Assembly: GCF_032444005.1 (NCBI RefSeq)
Contig: NC_091282.1
Coordinates: 681,008,001 to 681,072,000 of the forward strand
DNA: 64,000 nt
Origin: Ranitomeya imitator
Lineage: Eukaryota
Direction of reading: 5' to 3'
Shown: positions 50,459-62,223 of the stretch, in pieces
Layout of the letters: each line of letters opens with the position of its first letter
Numbering within the stretch: position 1 is the first letter of the stretch
Made by a program: the position numbers and the translations under genes
The notes under the pieces: model-generated
Told to the model about the DNA's origin: nothing
The model's input: only the letters and a program-made list of their open reading frames with translations
Database searches by the model: none

Positions 50459-50905
50459 CAGTACAGACCAAAAGTTTGGACACACCTTCACATTTAAAGA
50501 TTTTTCTGTATTTTCATGACTATGAAAATTGTACATTCACACTGAAGTCATCAAAACTATGAATTAACACATGTGGAATTATATACTTAACAAAAAAGTG
50601 TGAAACAACTGAAATTATTTCTTATATTCTAGGTTCTTCAAAGTAGCCACCTTTTGCTTTGATGACTGCTTTGCACACTCTTGGCATTTTCTTGATGAGC
50701 TTCAAGAGGTAGTCACCGGGAACGGTTTTCACTTCACAGGAGTGCCTTGTAAGGTTTAATAAGTGGGATTTCTTGCCTTATAAATGGGGTTGGAACCATC
50801 AGTTGTGTTGTGCTGAAGTCTGGGGGATACACAGCTGATAGTCCTATAGTCCTACTGAATAGACTGTTAAATGAAAAGGTGTGTCCAAACTTTTGGTCTG
50901 TACTG
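50459..50905. mobile_element. Internally deleted Tc1 element inserted in a TATACAGCCCAGCAG minisatellite
   Basis: TIR CAGTACAGACCAAAAGTTTGGACACACCTT and TA TSD. Confidence 0.88.
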
Positions 50906-50983
50906 TACAGCCAGCACAGCAACAGCCTCTGATATATACAGGTAAACAGCCTCTGATATATGCAGCCCGGCAGCAGCCCCTCA

Positions 50984-51583
50984 TCTATATATATAATTGT
51001 CTAAGGGTTTTTCTGTCTGTCTGTCCTGGAAATCCCGCGCCTCTGATTGGTCGAGGCCGCCAGGCCTCGACCAATCAGCGACGGGCACAGCGACGATGAT
51101 GTCATAAAGGACGTAGACATCCCGCGTCTCTGATTGGTCGAGGCCGCCAGGCATGCATATTCTAGAATACCCGATGCGTTAGAATCGGGCCACAATCTAG
51201 TTATATAATAATTTTCTAAGGGTTTTTCCGTCTGTCTGTCTGTCTGTCTGTCTATCTGTCTGTCTGTCCTGGAAATCCCGCGTCTCTGATTGGTCGAGGC
51301 CACCAGGCCTCGACCAATCAGCGACGGGCACAGCATGGCGAAGATGATGTCATAAAGGTTGCCTCGACCAATCAGCGACGGGCACAGTCTGCCGCGAATT
51401 CGCCTCGACCAATCAGCGACGGGCACAGTATCGACGTAGATGTCATAATGGTTGCCATGGCGACGATGATGTCATAAAGGTTGCCTCGACCAATCAGCGA
51501 TGGGCACAGTCTGCCGCGAATTCATCATTGTCCATATACTATGGGGACATGCATATTCTAGAATACCCGATGCGTTAGAATCG
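50984..51583 (+). mobile_element. Second Helitron family, two head-to-tail copies (50984-51200 and 51201 to about 51583, 3' truncated)
   Basis: A|TCTATATATATAATT start, hairpin CCCGAT/ATCGGG and CTAG|T end. The second copy restarts immediately with the same TCTAAGGGTTTTT segment. Confidence 0.7.
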
Positions 51584-51946
51584 CACGGGCACGCGCACAG
51601 TCTCTGATTGGTCGAGGCCGTCTGGCCTGTGCGCGTCGCTCTAAGTGCAAATCCTACCTGCTGCACTCGGATGCAATTCCTGCCTGCTGCACTCTAAGTG
51701 CAAATCCTGCTTTCCGCACTCTGATGCAGATCTTTTCTGCTGGACTCTGACACAAACTGCTGCACTCAGACACTAACTGCTGCACTCACTCTGATGCAAG
51801 CTCTGCCTGCTGCTCCGTCCAGTCTGTCCTTCGAGTCCAGCTGCTGCGCGACCATTGGTCTGTCTTGGAGTGGCTCCTGGCGTTCATCGGGAGCCAAGTC
51901 TAACCTCACCATCAGAGGCTCTAGTGAACAGTCAGGTGATCACTTA

Positions 51947-52697
51947 AGGTACCGTCACACTATACGATTTACCTACGATCACGACCAGCGATATGACCTG
52001 GCCGTGATCGTAGGTAAATCGTAGTGTGGTCGCTGGGAGCTGTCACACAGACAGCTCTCCAGCGACCAAGATGCCGAGGTCCCTGGGTAACCAGGGTAAA
52101 CATCGGGTAACTAAGCGCAGGACCGCGCTTAGTTACCCGATGTTTACCCTGGTTACAAGCGTTAAACTAAAAAAAAAAAACAGCACATACTTACATTCTG
52201 GTGTCCGTCAGGTCCCTTGCAGTCTGCTTCCCGCACTCAGTGACTGCCGGCCGTAAAGTGAAAGTGAAAGCACAGCCGCTGTGCTCTGCTTTCACTTTAC
52301 GGCCGGCAGTCACAGTGCTGGAAGCAGACTGCAAGGGACCTGACGGACACCAGAATGTAAGTATGTGCTGTTTTTTTTTTTTTAGTTTAACGCTTGTAAC
52401 CAGGGTAAACATCGGGTAACTAAGCGCGGTCCTGCGCTTAGTTACCCGATGTTTACCCTGGTTACAAGCGAACGCATCGCTAGATCGCTAGATCGGTGTC
52501 ACACACACCGATCTAGCGATGACAGCGGGAGATCCAGCGATGAAAGAAAGTTCTAAACGATCTGCTACGACGTACGATTCTCAGCAGGATCCCTGATCGC
52601 TGCTGCGTGTCAGACACAGCGATATCGTAACGATATCGCTGGAACGTCACGAATCGTACCGTCGTAGCGATCGAAATGTTATAGTGTGACGGTACCC
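51947..52697. mobile_element. PIF/Harbinger-type MITE, same family as 10342-11064
   Basis: TIR (A/G)GGTACCGTCACAC and TTA TSD. Confidence 0.88.
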
Positions 52698-53455
52698 TTA
52701 GTCACAGCCCTCCAGGCTCTTCACGGTTCGTCGCACAGTGGTTCCACAAACTTCACTTAAAAAATAAAGTGGTCCCTAAAAAATACATGTTCTGAAAATT
52801 TAATGGAAAAAAAATTGCTGCAAAACCTTTTAACCCTTCTAACATCCCAACAAAAAAAAAGTTATTTAAAAAATGATTCTGATGTAAAGTAGACAAGTGG
52901 TGCATTATTTATTAACTGTCTTGTGTGGTATAACAAAATAATTGAGTGTGGTATTACCCTTTTTTCTTAACTTGCACAAAGCAATGCAAATTTTCAGCTC
53001 AGGTCTTACTTGGCGAAGTTCATCAGAGGAAGGTTCTCATTGGAGTTCTCTATTGAAAGTTGGTCTCTCTCTTCGGCAAAGTTGTTTGAATGTGTAGGTC
53101 CTCAGCTATATTGTTGATTGATGGTCTTCTTCAAATTTTTTTATAGACAGAGAACGTAATTGAAGGCTTGCTCTTGAAGGCTTCCACAATGATCGCTGGG
53201 CAAAGAAGCTCTTCCTAAACATATTCAGGTGTTTATGCTCCAAGGTATAGACCTTGTTCCGAAAAGAACAAATACTACACATGGTCTTAGCCAAAAGGCC
53301 AAGAGGCAAGGACGTCAAAACTATGTGCTATCCACAGATGGGTCTCTATTCTAAAGGCAATTATCTAAGAAAAAAAGCAAAGCATCTTATACCAGCCAAA
53401 CCAAAGTCTCCATACTGAGCAAGGTCTCTTCAACGACATCATTTTTAGGACCCTG

Positions 53456-53503
53456 CTCTGTGCTGATGAGAGGCAAGAACCCTGAAACAGTGCTGTTTGC
53501 CGA
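53456..53503 (+). ncRNA. Hammerhead-like motif with a canonical core and eroded stems
   Basis: CTGATGA-G-AGG-CAAGAAC-CCT-GAAACAG-TG-CTGT-T. Stem I is only partly paired. Confidence 0.5.
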
Positions 53504-55142
53504 TGGGATTCTGGTTTTACTGGTATGAAACGTCTTCTAAAAGTCTTTAGTATAAGTTATGTTGTAGAACGTTTAGGTTATACTGTCACCTAGTGTGTAG
53601 TGCAGCCACTAAACAGACCTGTATTGGATATTATAAGTTATGGTCTGACAGCTTGTGTTAAAACAGCACAAAACCTCTGTACAGATAACATAGGCCTTAC
53701 TGTAGGTACATGGTTTGTGTGTGAAGTTTAAGAATGGTTTAGAAATATACCTACCAATTTTGTAATTATATTATTCCACCTTTATTCAATGGTCTTTGTT
53801 GGCTGCTGCAGCCAATCACTAGGTGACGGGTGACTGCTGGTGGCCAGTCAATAAGTAGTCATGTGTGCCATAGTTGAGACTGCACACAGATTATGCATAA
53901 TCAAATATGCTTTGACCGTGCATTTTTTTTTTACTATATTTTGTTTATAAGGGTGGCCCAAAGTCCAAAGTAATTTTGCTCCTAAATCCTTATCAAATTA
54001 ATGCCAATCAGTGCAAAATGCAAATAAATTTATATAATTTATACAATGTGATTTTTTGGGGATTTTATTTTTGATATTCTATCTCTCAATGTTAAAATTA
54101 ACCTACCCTTAAAACTATAGACTGGTCATGTCTTTGTCAGTGGACAAACGTCCAAAATCAGCAAGGGATCAAATACTTATTTCCCCCACTGTAACTACTT
54201 AACGGCTTTTCTCTTTTTTTCCCTGCTTCTTTTTTTATGACGCTTTGTTTGAGAATCCCCAGTGCATGCTGAGATACTCAAACAAAGCATCATCATAGCA
54301 AAGGGCAAAGGCTGCAGTCACTTCCACAGCCTCTGCCCCCTTCCTGTGTCATCAGTGACGCTAGTTTCAGGGGCTGGGCTGGTCCCGGCGAGATGTGCAC
54401 AATGACAGTGCGCTCTGTTGTTGACTCAGATCAGAAGTAACGAGCTGCCAACAGAGCGTGTGGTCAGAATACCCGGCATGCAGGGACCATTGACATCAAG
54501 AGGGCGCTGGTATGCATGCTGGGTATTCTGAGAACACGCTTTGTTGCCGGCTCGCTACTGTGCGCGAGAGAGAAAGTGCACGCTGTCATTGCAATCATCA
54601 TGCAGGGACTAGCCCTGCACCTGAAATGAAGGTCACTGGTGAGTGAGCAGGGGCTGCAGCAGTGACTCTTTTGAGTATCCCAGAATGCACTGGGATTCTC
54701 AAATGAAGCTTCATCAAAAAGGAAGTAGGGAAAAAAAGAAACGCAGTTACATAGTGTAGTGAGGGAAGGATAGGGAATTTTTAATTCAAGTATATTAGAA
54801 ACTAGTTTTGATGATGGCATTAAATAGATAGGCATTTAGAATGAAAATTAATTTCTACTTCGGACCAATCCTTTATCAGGATCGCTACCACAGATGTTCC
54901 AAGTTTATTCATGCAGTCAAAAAAACATGCGGTGAAAGTATGTTTGTTTATGCAGAAACTGCTGCTCAGCAATGAACAGTGAATCACTATGCACATAGTT
55001 ATTTAAGGGGAGAGTGAATGGTTGTTATTTACTGTAGCTTCAGATGAACAGTGTGGTACATTGTGAACACCAGGTGGCGCCATATCATGTTAGAAAATAT
55101 TGTTAACGCTTTACTGGATCTTTTTTTTTTATCTGCATATAA

Positions 55143-55310
55143 ATTATTATTATTAATATTATTTATTGTTATAGCGCCATTTATTCCATGGTGCTTTACA
55201 TGTGAGGAGGGGTGTACATAATAAAAACAGGTACAATAATCTTGAACAATACAAGTCACAACTGGTACAGGAGGAGAGAGGACCCAGCCCGCGAGGGCTC
55301 ACAAACTACA
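55143..55310 (-). mobile_element. 3' end of an L2/CR1-type LINE or derived SINE
   Basis: Minus strand GTAAAGCACCATGGAATAAATGGCGCTAT stem-loop followed by an (AAT)n tail. Confidence 0.6.
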
Positions 55311-56464
55311 AATGGGAAATATTATTTCTTTTATGATCCATAAAGGGGATATGACATGTAATGGGTTGGCAATAAGAAATAGTCATTAAAAAATACAACC
55401 ACAGACTGTTAATCTGCAAGAATTAATGCACCTTTCTGAAACAGTCTTGTGGAGATCCAGAAAAGATCACAGGGTTGAGTTTTCCACCACTCCTTCCGAA
55501 TGTCCCCAGTGAAGAGCAAAAAATAAAGCAAAAACTTACCACCTGGACAGACATGGCTGATCCTTTCTGAGTGCTGTATGTTACTGAAAGGCAACAGCTT
55601 TCACAGTTCTGTCAGGTCAGACTTCTGGATGGTTGACAGAAGGTAGAGGATCCCTCTGTACCCCATTTGTGCCCAATAATGTGAATGTAGGGTGCCAGCG
55701 GAGACAATCAAATCTTTTGAAATTCAAATTCACAAAGTTTGACGAATTTACCAAACACATTTTATTTACAGCAAATGGATTCATAAAGAATCTCAATAAT
55801 GTAATCATCTAATTAACAGGAAAAGATGTGTAAGACTCTGATGTGTCCTCTGCATTAAAGAGCTTGAAAAGGGCTCAATACAGTCAAACACAGCTGCCTG
55901 TAGGTAAACAGATGGTGCAACTGTAATAGGGTGCAGGGTTGAGTATGTCACCACCGAACAGGCAGACCAACTGTTGAGGGGATTTTATTAACAGGAGTAA
56001 GATTCTCGCAGGGAGTAAACAGGGGGTTAATAAAAATAAAGCAAACAGTAAACTGTTAGGTTAACGGGTGTTCTTGTAACTTATCAGTCCAGGGAGGTCC
56101 TGATTGGAGGGTCCTTATTCCAACGTGGGTACAGTTAGAGCGCCCCCGTGGGCAAGGGGTACTCGGTACCGGGTCCTTCGGTTCCCAAGGGGGATGTCAC
56201 GGTGGCTGACCCGGTCCGTGGCCCTTGGGAGGTCCGTTGTAAATGGGAAAGGTCTTTAAAGGGATAGAGTTTGTGTTCGTGACGCCACCTGTGGTATTTG
56301 GTCAGGGTGACCAGGCTTTTCACTGCTGTCACCGGGGCTGCGCGCTCAGGTCACTGTAAGGGGAAACGTCTTCTCTGATTACGGAGGCTTCCCAGTCCAC
56401 ACTCTCACATCCAGCCTTCACTACGGCTGGTATCTCAGCCTCAGTGCCCTCACGGGGAGTACTC

Positions 56465-59400
56465 TGTTATGTTTGCTAATGACAGGTGTAATGAAGGCAA
56501 TCCAGAAACACAGTGTGCTTAGCGATCAGAGCGCACACAGTGATCTGACAAATACCCAAAAATACAAGAACGAGCTCTGAGACGTGGAAACTCTGTAGAC
56601 TGCACACCTGATCCTATCCTAAACACAACTAAAAGCGGCTGTGGATTGCGCCTAACAACTACCTAGGCAACTCGGCACAGCCTAAGAAACTAGCTAGCCT
56701 GAAGATAGAAAAATAGGCCTGACTTGGCCCAGAGAAATTCCCCAAAGGAAAAGGCAGCCCCCCACATATAATGACTGTGAGTAAGATGAAAAGACAAAAC
56801 GTAGGGATGAAATAGATTCAGCAAAGTGGGGCCCGATATTCTAGGACAGAGCGAGGACAGTAAAGCGAACTTTGCAGTCTACAAAAAACCCTAAAGCAAA
56901 ACCACGCAAAGGGGGCAAAAAAAAAACCACCGTGCCGAACTAACGGCACGGCGGTACACCCTTTGCGTCTCAGAGCTTCCAGCAAAACAAAAGACAAGCT
57001 GGACAGAAAAAAAGCAACAAAAAAGCAAAAAGCACTTAGCTATACAGAGCAGCAGGTCACAGGAACAATCAGGAGAAGCTCAGATCCAACACTGAAACAT
57101 TGACAAGGAGCAAGGATAGCAGCATCAGGCGGAGTTAAGTAATGAAGCAGTTAACGAGCTCACCAGAACACCTGAGGGAGGAAGCTCAGAAGCTGCAGTA
57201 CCACTTGTGACCACAGGAGTGAATTCAGCCACAGAATTCACAACAGTACCCCCCCCTTGAGGAGGGGTCACCGAACCCTCACCAGAGCCCCCAGGCCGAC
57301 CAGGATGAGCCGCATGAAAGGCACGAACAAGATCGGAAGCATGAACATCAGAGGCAAAAACCCAGGAATTATCTTCCTGAGCATAACCCTTCCATTTAAC
57401 CAGATACTGGAGTTTCCGTCTAGAAACACGAGAATCCAAAATCTTCTCCACAATATACTCCAATTCCCCCTCCACCAAAACCGGGGCAGGAGGCTCAACA
57501 GATGGAACCATAGGTGCCACGTATCTCCGCAACAACGACCTATGGAATACATTATGTATGGAAAAGGAGTCTGGGAGGGTCAAACGAAAAGACACAGGAT
57601 TGAGAACCTCAGAAATCCTATACGGACCAATAAAACGAGGTTTAAATTTAGGAGAGGAAACCTTCATAGGAATATGACGAGAAGATAACCAAACCAGATC
57701 CCCAACACGAAGTCGGGGACCCACACGGCGTCTGCGATTAGCGAAAAGTTGAGCTTTCTCCTGGGACAAGATCAAATTGTCCACTACCTGAGTCCAGATC
57801 TGCTGCAACCTATCCACCACAGAATCCACACCAGGACAGTCCGAAGACTCAACCTGTCCTGAAGAGAAACGAGGATGGAACCCAGAATTGCAAAAAAATG
57901 GAGAAACCAAGGTAGCCGAGCTGGCCCGATTATTAAGGGCGAACTCAGCCAACGGCAAAAAGGACACCCAATCATCCTGGTCTGCAGAAACAAAACATCT
58001 CAGATATGTTTCCAAGGTCTGATTGGTTCGTTCGGTCTGGCCATTAGTCTGAGGATGGAAAGCCGAGGAAAAGGATAGGTCAATGCCCATCCTACCACAA
58101 AAGGCTCGCCAAAACCTTGAAACAAACTGGGAACCTCTGTCAGAAACAATATTCTCAGGAATGCCATGCAACCGAACCACATGCTGAAAGAACAAAGGTA
58201 CCAAATCAGAGGAGGAAGGCAATTTAGCCAAGGGCACCAGATGGACCATTTTAGAAAAGCGATCACAGACCACCCAAATGACTGACATCTTTTGAGAAAC
58301 GGGAAGGTCAGAAATGAAATCCATCGAAATATGTGTCCAAGGCCTCTTTGGGACCGGCAAGGGCAAAAGCAACCCACTGGCACGAGAACAGCAGGGCTTA
58401 GCCCTAGCACAAATCCCACAGGACTGCACAAAAGTACGTACATCCCGTGACAGAGATGGCCACCAGAAGGATCTAGCCACTAACTCTCTGGTACCAAAGA
58501 TTCCAGGATGACCAGCCAACACCGAACAATGAAGTTCAGAGATAAGTTTATTAGTCCACCTATCAGGGACGAACAGTTTCTCTGCTGGACAACGATCAGG
58601 TTTATTCGCCTGAAATTTTTGCAGCACCCGCCGCAAATCAGGGGAGATGGCAGACACAATGACTCCTTCCTTGAGGATACCCGCTGGCTCAGATAAACCC
58701 GGAGAGTCGGGCACAAAACTCCTAGACAGAGCATCCGCCTTCACATTTTTAGAGCCCGGAAGGTACGAAATCACAAAGTCGAAGCGGGCAAAAAATAACG
58801 ACCAACGGGCCTGTCTAGGATTCAAGCGCTTGGCAGACTCGAGATAAGTCAAGTTCTTATGATCAGTCAATACCACCACGCGATGCTTAGCTCCTTCAAG
58901 CCAATGACGCCACTCCTCGAATGCCCACTTCATGGCCAGCAACTCTCGATTGCCCACATCATAATTACGCTCAGCGGGCGAAAACTTCCTGGAAAAGAAA
59001 GCACATGGTTTCATCACTGAGCAATCAGAACCTCTCTGTGACAAAACCGCCCCTGCTCCAATCTCAGAAGCATCAACCTCGACCTGGAACGGAAGAGAAA
59101 CATCTGGCTGACACAACACAGGGGCAGAACAAAAACGACGCTTCAACTCCTGAAAAGCTTCCACAGCAGCAGAAGACCAATTAACCAAATCAGCACCCTT
59201 CTTGGTCAAATCGGTCAATGGTTTGGCAATGCTAGAAAAATTACAGATGAAGCGACGATAAAAATTAGCAAAGCCCAGGAACTTTTGCAGACTTTTCAGA
59301 GATGTCGGCTGAATCCAATCCTGGATGGCTTGGACCTTAACTGGATCCATCTCGATAGTAGAAGGGGTAAAGATGAACCCCAAAAATGAAACTTTCTGCA

Positions 59401-62223
59401 CACCGAAGAGACACTTTGATCCCTTCACAAACAAAGAGTTAGCACGCAGGACCTGAAAAACCATTCTGACCTGCTTCACATGAGACTCCCAATCATCTGA
59501 GAAGATCAAAATGTCATCCAAGTAAACAATCAGGAATTTATCCAGATACTCACGGAAGATGTCATGCATAAAAGACTGAAACACAGATGGAGCATTGGCA
59601 AGTCCGAACGGCATCACTAGATGCTCAAAATGACCCTCGGGCGTATTGAATGCAGTTTTCCATTCATCTCCTTGCCTGATTCTCACCAGATTATACGCAC
59701 CACGAAGATCTATCTTAGTGAACCAACTAGCCCCCTTAATCCGAGCAAACAAGTCAGATAACAATGGCAAGGGATACTGAAATTTAACAGTGATCTTATT
59801 AAGAAGGCGGTAATCAATACACGGTCTCAGCGAACCATCCTTCTTGGCTACAAAGAAGAACCCTGCTCCCAGTGGTGATGACGATGGGCGAATATGTCCC
59901 TTCTCCAGGGATTCCTTCACATAACTGCGCATAGCGGCGTGTTCGGGCACGGATAAATTAAATAATCGACCTTTAGGGAATTTACTACCAGGAATCAAAT
60001 TGATAGCACAATCACAATCCCTATGCGGAGGTAGAGCATCGGACATGGGCTCTTCAAATACATCCTGATAATCAGACAAGAACTCTGGGACCTCAGAAGG
60101 GGTGGATGACGAAATCGACAAAAATGGAACATCACCATGTACCCCCTGACAACCCCAGCTGGATACCGACATGGAATTCCAATCCAATACTGGATTATGG
60201 GTTTGTAGCCATGGCAACCCCAACACGACCACATCATGCAGATTATGCAACACCAGAAAGCGAATAACTTCCTGATGTGCAGGAGCCATGCACATGGTCA
60301 GCTGGGCCCAGTATTGAGGTTTATTCTTGGCCAAAGGTGTAGCATCAATTCCTCTCAATGGAATAGGACACCGCAAAGGCTCCAAGAAAAACCCACAACG
60401 TTTAGCATAATCCAAATCCATCAGATTCAGGGCAGCGCCCGAATCCACAAACGCCATGACAGAAAACGACGACAAAGAGCATATCAAGGTAATGGACAGA
60501 AGGAATTTGGACTGTACAGTACCAATGACGGCAGACCTAGCGGACCGCTTAGTGCGCTTAGGACAATCAGAAATAGCATGAGTGGAATCACCACAGTAGA
60601 AACACAGACCATTCAGACGTCTGTATTCCTGCCGTTCAACTCTAGTCATAGTCCTATCGCACTGCATAGGCTCAGGTTTAACCTCAGGCAGTACCGCCAA
60701 ATGGTGCACAGATTTACGCTCGCGCAAGCGTCGACCGATCTGAATGGCCAAAGACAAAGACTCATTCAAACCAGCAGGCATAGGAAATCCCACCATGACA
60801 TCCTTAAGAGCCTCAGAGAGACCCTTTCTGAACAAAGCTGCCAGCGCAGATTCATTCCACTGAGTGAGTACTGACCATTTCCTAAATTTCTGACAATATA
60901 CTTCTATATCATCCTGACCCTGGCACAAAGCCAGCAAATTTTTCTCAGCCTGATCCACTGAATTAGGCTCATCGTACAGCAATCCGAGTGCCAGGAAAAA
61001 CGCATCGACACTACTCAATGCAGGGTCTCCTGGCGCAAGAGAAAATGCCCAGTCTTGAGGGTCGCCGCGCAAAAAAGAAATAATAATCAAAACCTGTTGA
61101 ATAGGATTACCAGAAGAATGAGGTTTCAAGGCCAGAAATAGCTTACAATTATTTTTGAAACTTAGAAACTTAGTTCTATCTCCAAAAAACAAATCAGGAA
61201 TAGGAATTCTTGGTTCTAACATAGATTTCTGATCAATAGTATCTTGAATTTTTTGTACATTTATAACGAGATTATCCATTGAAGAGCACAGACCCTGAAT
61301 ATCCATGTCCACACCTGTGTCCAGAATCACCCAAATGTCTAGGGGAAAAAAAAAAAGTGAACACAGAGCAGAAAAAAAAAAAAAATGATGTCAGAACTTT
61401 TTCTTTCCCTCTATTGAGAATCATTAGTTAGGCTCCTTGTACTGTTATGTTTGCTAATGACAGGTGTAATGAAGGCAATCCAGAAACACAGTGTGCTTAG
61501 CGATCAGAGCGCACACAGTGATCTGACAAATACCCAAAAATACAAGAACGAGCTCTGAGACGTGGAAACTCTGTAGACTGCACACCTGATCCTATCCTAA
61601 ACACAACTAAAAGCGGCTGTGGATTGCGCCTAACAACTACCTAGGCAACTCGGCACAGCCTAAGAAACTAGCTAGCCTGAAGATAGAAAAATAGGCCTGA
61701 CTTGCCCCAGAGAAATTCCCCAAAGGAAAAGGCAGCCCCCCACATATAATGACTGTGAGTAAGATGAAAAGACAAAACGTAGGGATGAAATAGATTCAGC
61801 AAAGTGGGGCCCGATATTCTAGGACAGAGCGAGGACAGTAAAGCGAACTTTGCAGTCTACAAAAAACCCTAAAGCAAAACCACGCAAAGGGGGCAAAAAA
61901 AAACCCACCGTGCCGAACTAACGGCACGGCGGTACACCCTTTGCGTCTCAGAGCTTCCAGCAAAACAAAAGACAAGCTGGACAGAAAAAAAGCAACAAAA
62001 AAGCAAAAAGCACTTAGCTATACAGAGCTGCAGGTCACAGGAACAATCAGGAGAAGCTCAGATCCAACACTGAAACATTGACAAGGAGCAAGGATAGCAG
62101 CATCAGGCGGAGTTAAGTAATGAAGCAGTTAACGAGCTCACCAGAACACCTGAGGGAGGAAGCTCAGAAGCTGCAGTACCACTTGTGACCACAGGAGTGA
62201 ATTCAGCCACAGAATTCACAACA
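56465..62223 (-). mobile_element. Full-length, apparently intact Ty3/Gypsy chromovirus (element C)
   Basis: 781-bp LTRs (56465-57245 and 61443-62223) with about 3 differences, GTACTC flanking repeats and a PPT at 57246-57257. Confidence 0.97.
57125..61330 (-). CDS. gag-pol: Gag-Pol polyprotein, 1401 aa (gag with CCHC, PR, RT, RNase H, IN, chromodomain)
   Basis: CFYCGDSTHAISDC, FVDSGA, YLDDILIF, EVDAS, HCSVLAGH..C..C, MDF/SDRG/ERTN and EYIVEKILDS..YLVKWKG. No stops. Confidence 0.96.
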   Translation of the reverse strand: MILDTGVDMDIQGLCSSMDNLVINVQKIQDTIDQKSMLEPRIPIPDLFFGDRTKFLSFKNNCKLFLALKPHSSGNPIQQVLIIISFLRGDPQDWAFSLAPGDPALSSVDAFFLALGLLYDEPNSVDQAEKNLLALCQGQDDIEVYCQKFRKWSVLTQWNESALAALFRKGLSEALKDVMVGFPMPAGLNESLSLAIQIGRRLRERKSVHHLAVLPEVKPEPMQCDRTMTRVERQEYRRLNGLCFYCGDSTHAISDCPKRTKRSARSAVIGTVQSKFLLSITLICSLSSFSVMAFVDSGAALNLMDLDYAKRCGFFLEPLRCPIPLRGIDATPLAKNKPQYWAQLTMCMAPAHQEVIRFLVLHNLHDVVVLGLPWLQTHNPVLDWNSMSVSSWGCQGVHGDVPFLSISSSTPSEVPEFLSDYQDVFEEPMSDALPPHRDCDCAINLIPGSKFPKGRLFNLSVPEHAAMRSYVKESLEKGHIRPSSSPLGAGFFFVAKKDGSLRPCIDYRLLNKITVKFQYPLPLLSDLFARIKGASWFTKIDLRGAYNLVRIRQGDEWKTAFNTPEGHFEHLVMPFGLANAPSVFQSFMHDIFREYLDKFLIVYLDDILIFSDDWESHVKQVRMVFQVLRANSLFVKGSKCLFGVQKVSFLGFIFTPSTIEMDPVKVQAIQDWIQPTSLKSLQKFLGFANFYRRFICNFSSIAKPLTDLTKKGADLVNWSSAAVEAFQELKRRFCSAPVLCQPDVSLPFQVEVDASEIGAGAVLSQRGSDCSVMKPCAFFSRKFSPAERNYDVGNRELLAMKWAFEEWRHWLEGAKHRVVVLTDHKNLTYLESAKRLNPRQARWSLFFARFDFVISYLPGSKNVKADALSRSFVPDSPGLSEPAGILKEGVIVSAISPDLRRVLQKFQANKPDRCPAEKLFVPDRWTNKLISELHCSVLAGHPGIFGTRELVARSFWWPSLSRDVRTFVQSCGICARAKPCCSRASGLLLPLPVPKRPWTHISMDFISDLPVSQKMSVIWVVCDRFSKMVHLVPLAKLPSSSDLVPLFFQHVVRLHGIPENIVSDRGSQFVSRFWRAFCGRMGIDLSFSSAFHPQTNGQTERTNQTLETYLRCFVSADQDDWVSFLPLAEFALNNRASSATLVSPFFCNSGFHPRFSSGQVESSDCPGVDSVVDRLQQIWTQVVDNLILSQEKAQLFANRRRRVGPRLRVGDLVWLSSRHIPMKVSSPKFKPRFIGPYRISEVLNPVSFRLTLPDSFSIHNVFHRSLLRRYVAPMVPSVEPPAPVLVEGELEYIVEKILDSRVSRRKLQYLVKWKGYAQEDNSWVFASDVHASDLVRAFHAAHPGRPGGSGEGSVTPPQGGGTVVNSVAEFTPVVTSGTAASELPPSGVLVSSLTASLLNSA

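Noticed and set aside
53000-53030. Minus-strand CTGATGA-ACTT-CGCC-AAGT hairpin
   Set aside because: It is followed by AAGAC rather than GAAAC, and I found no stems I or III.
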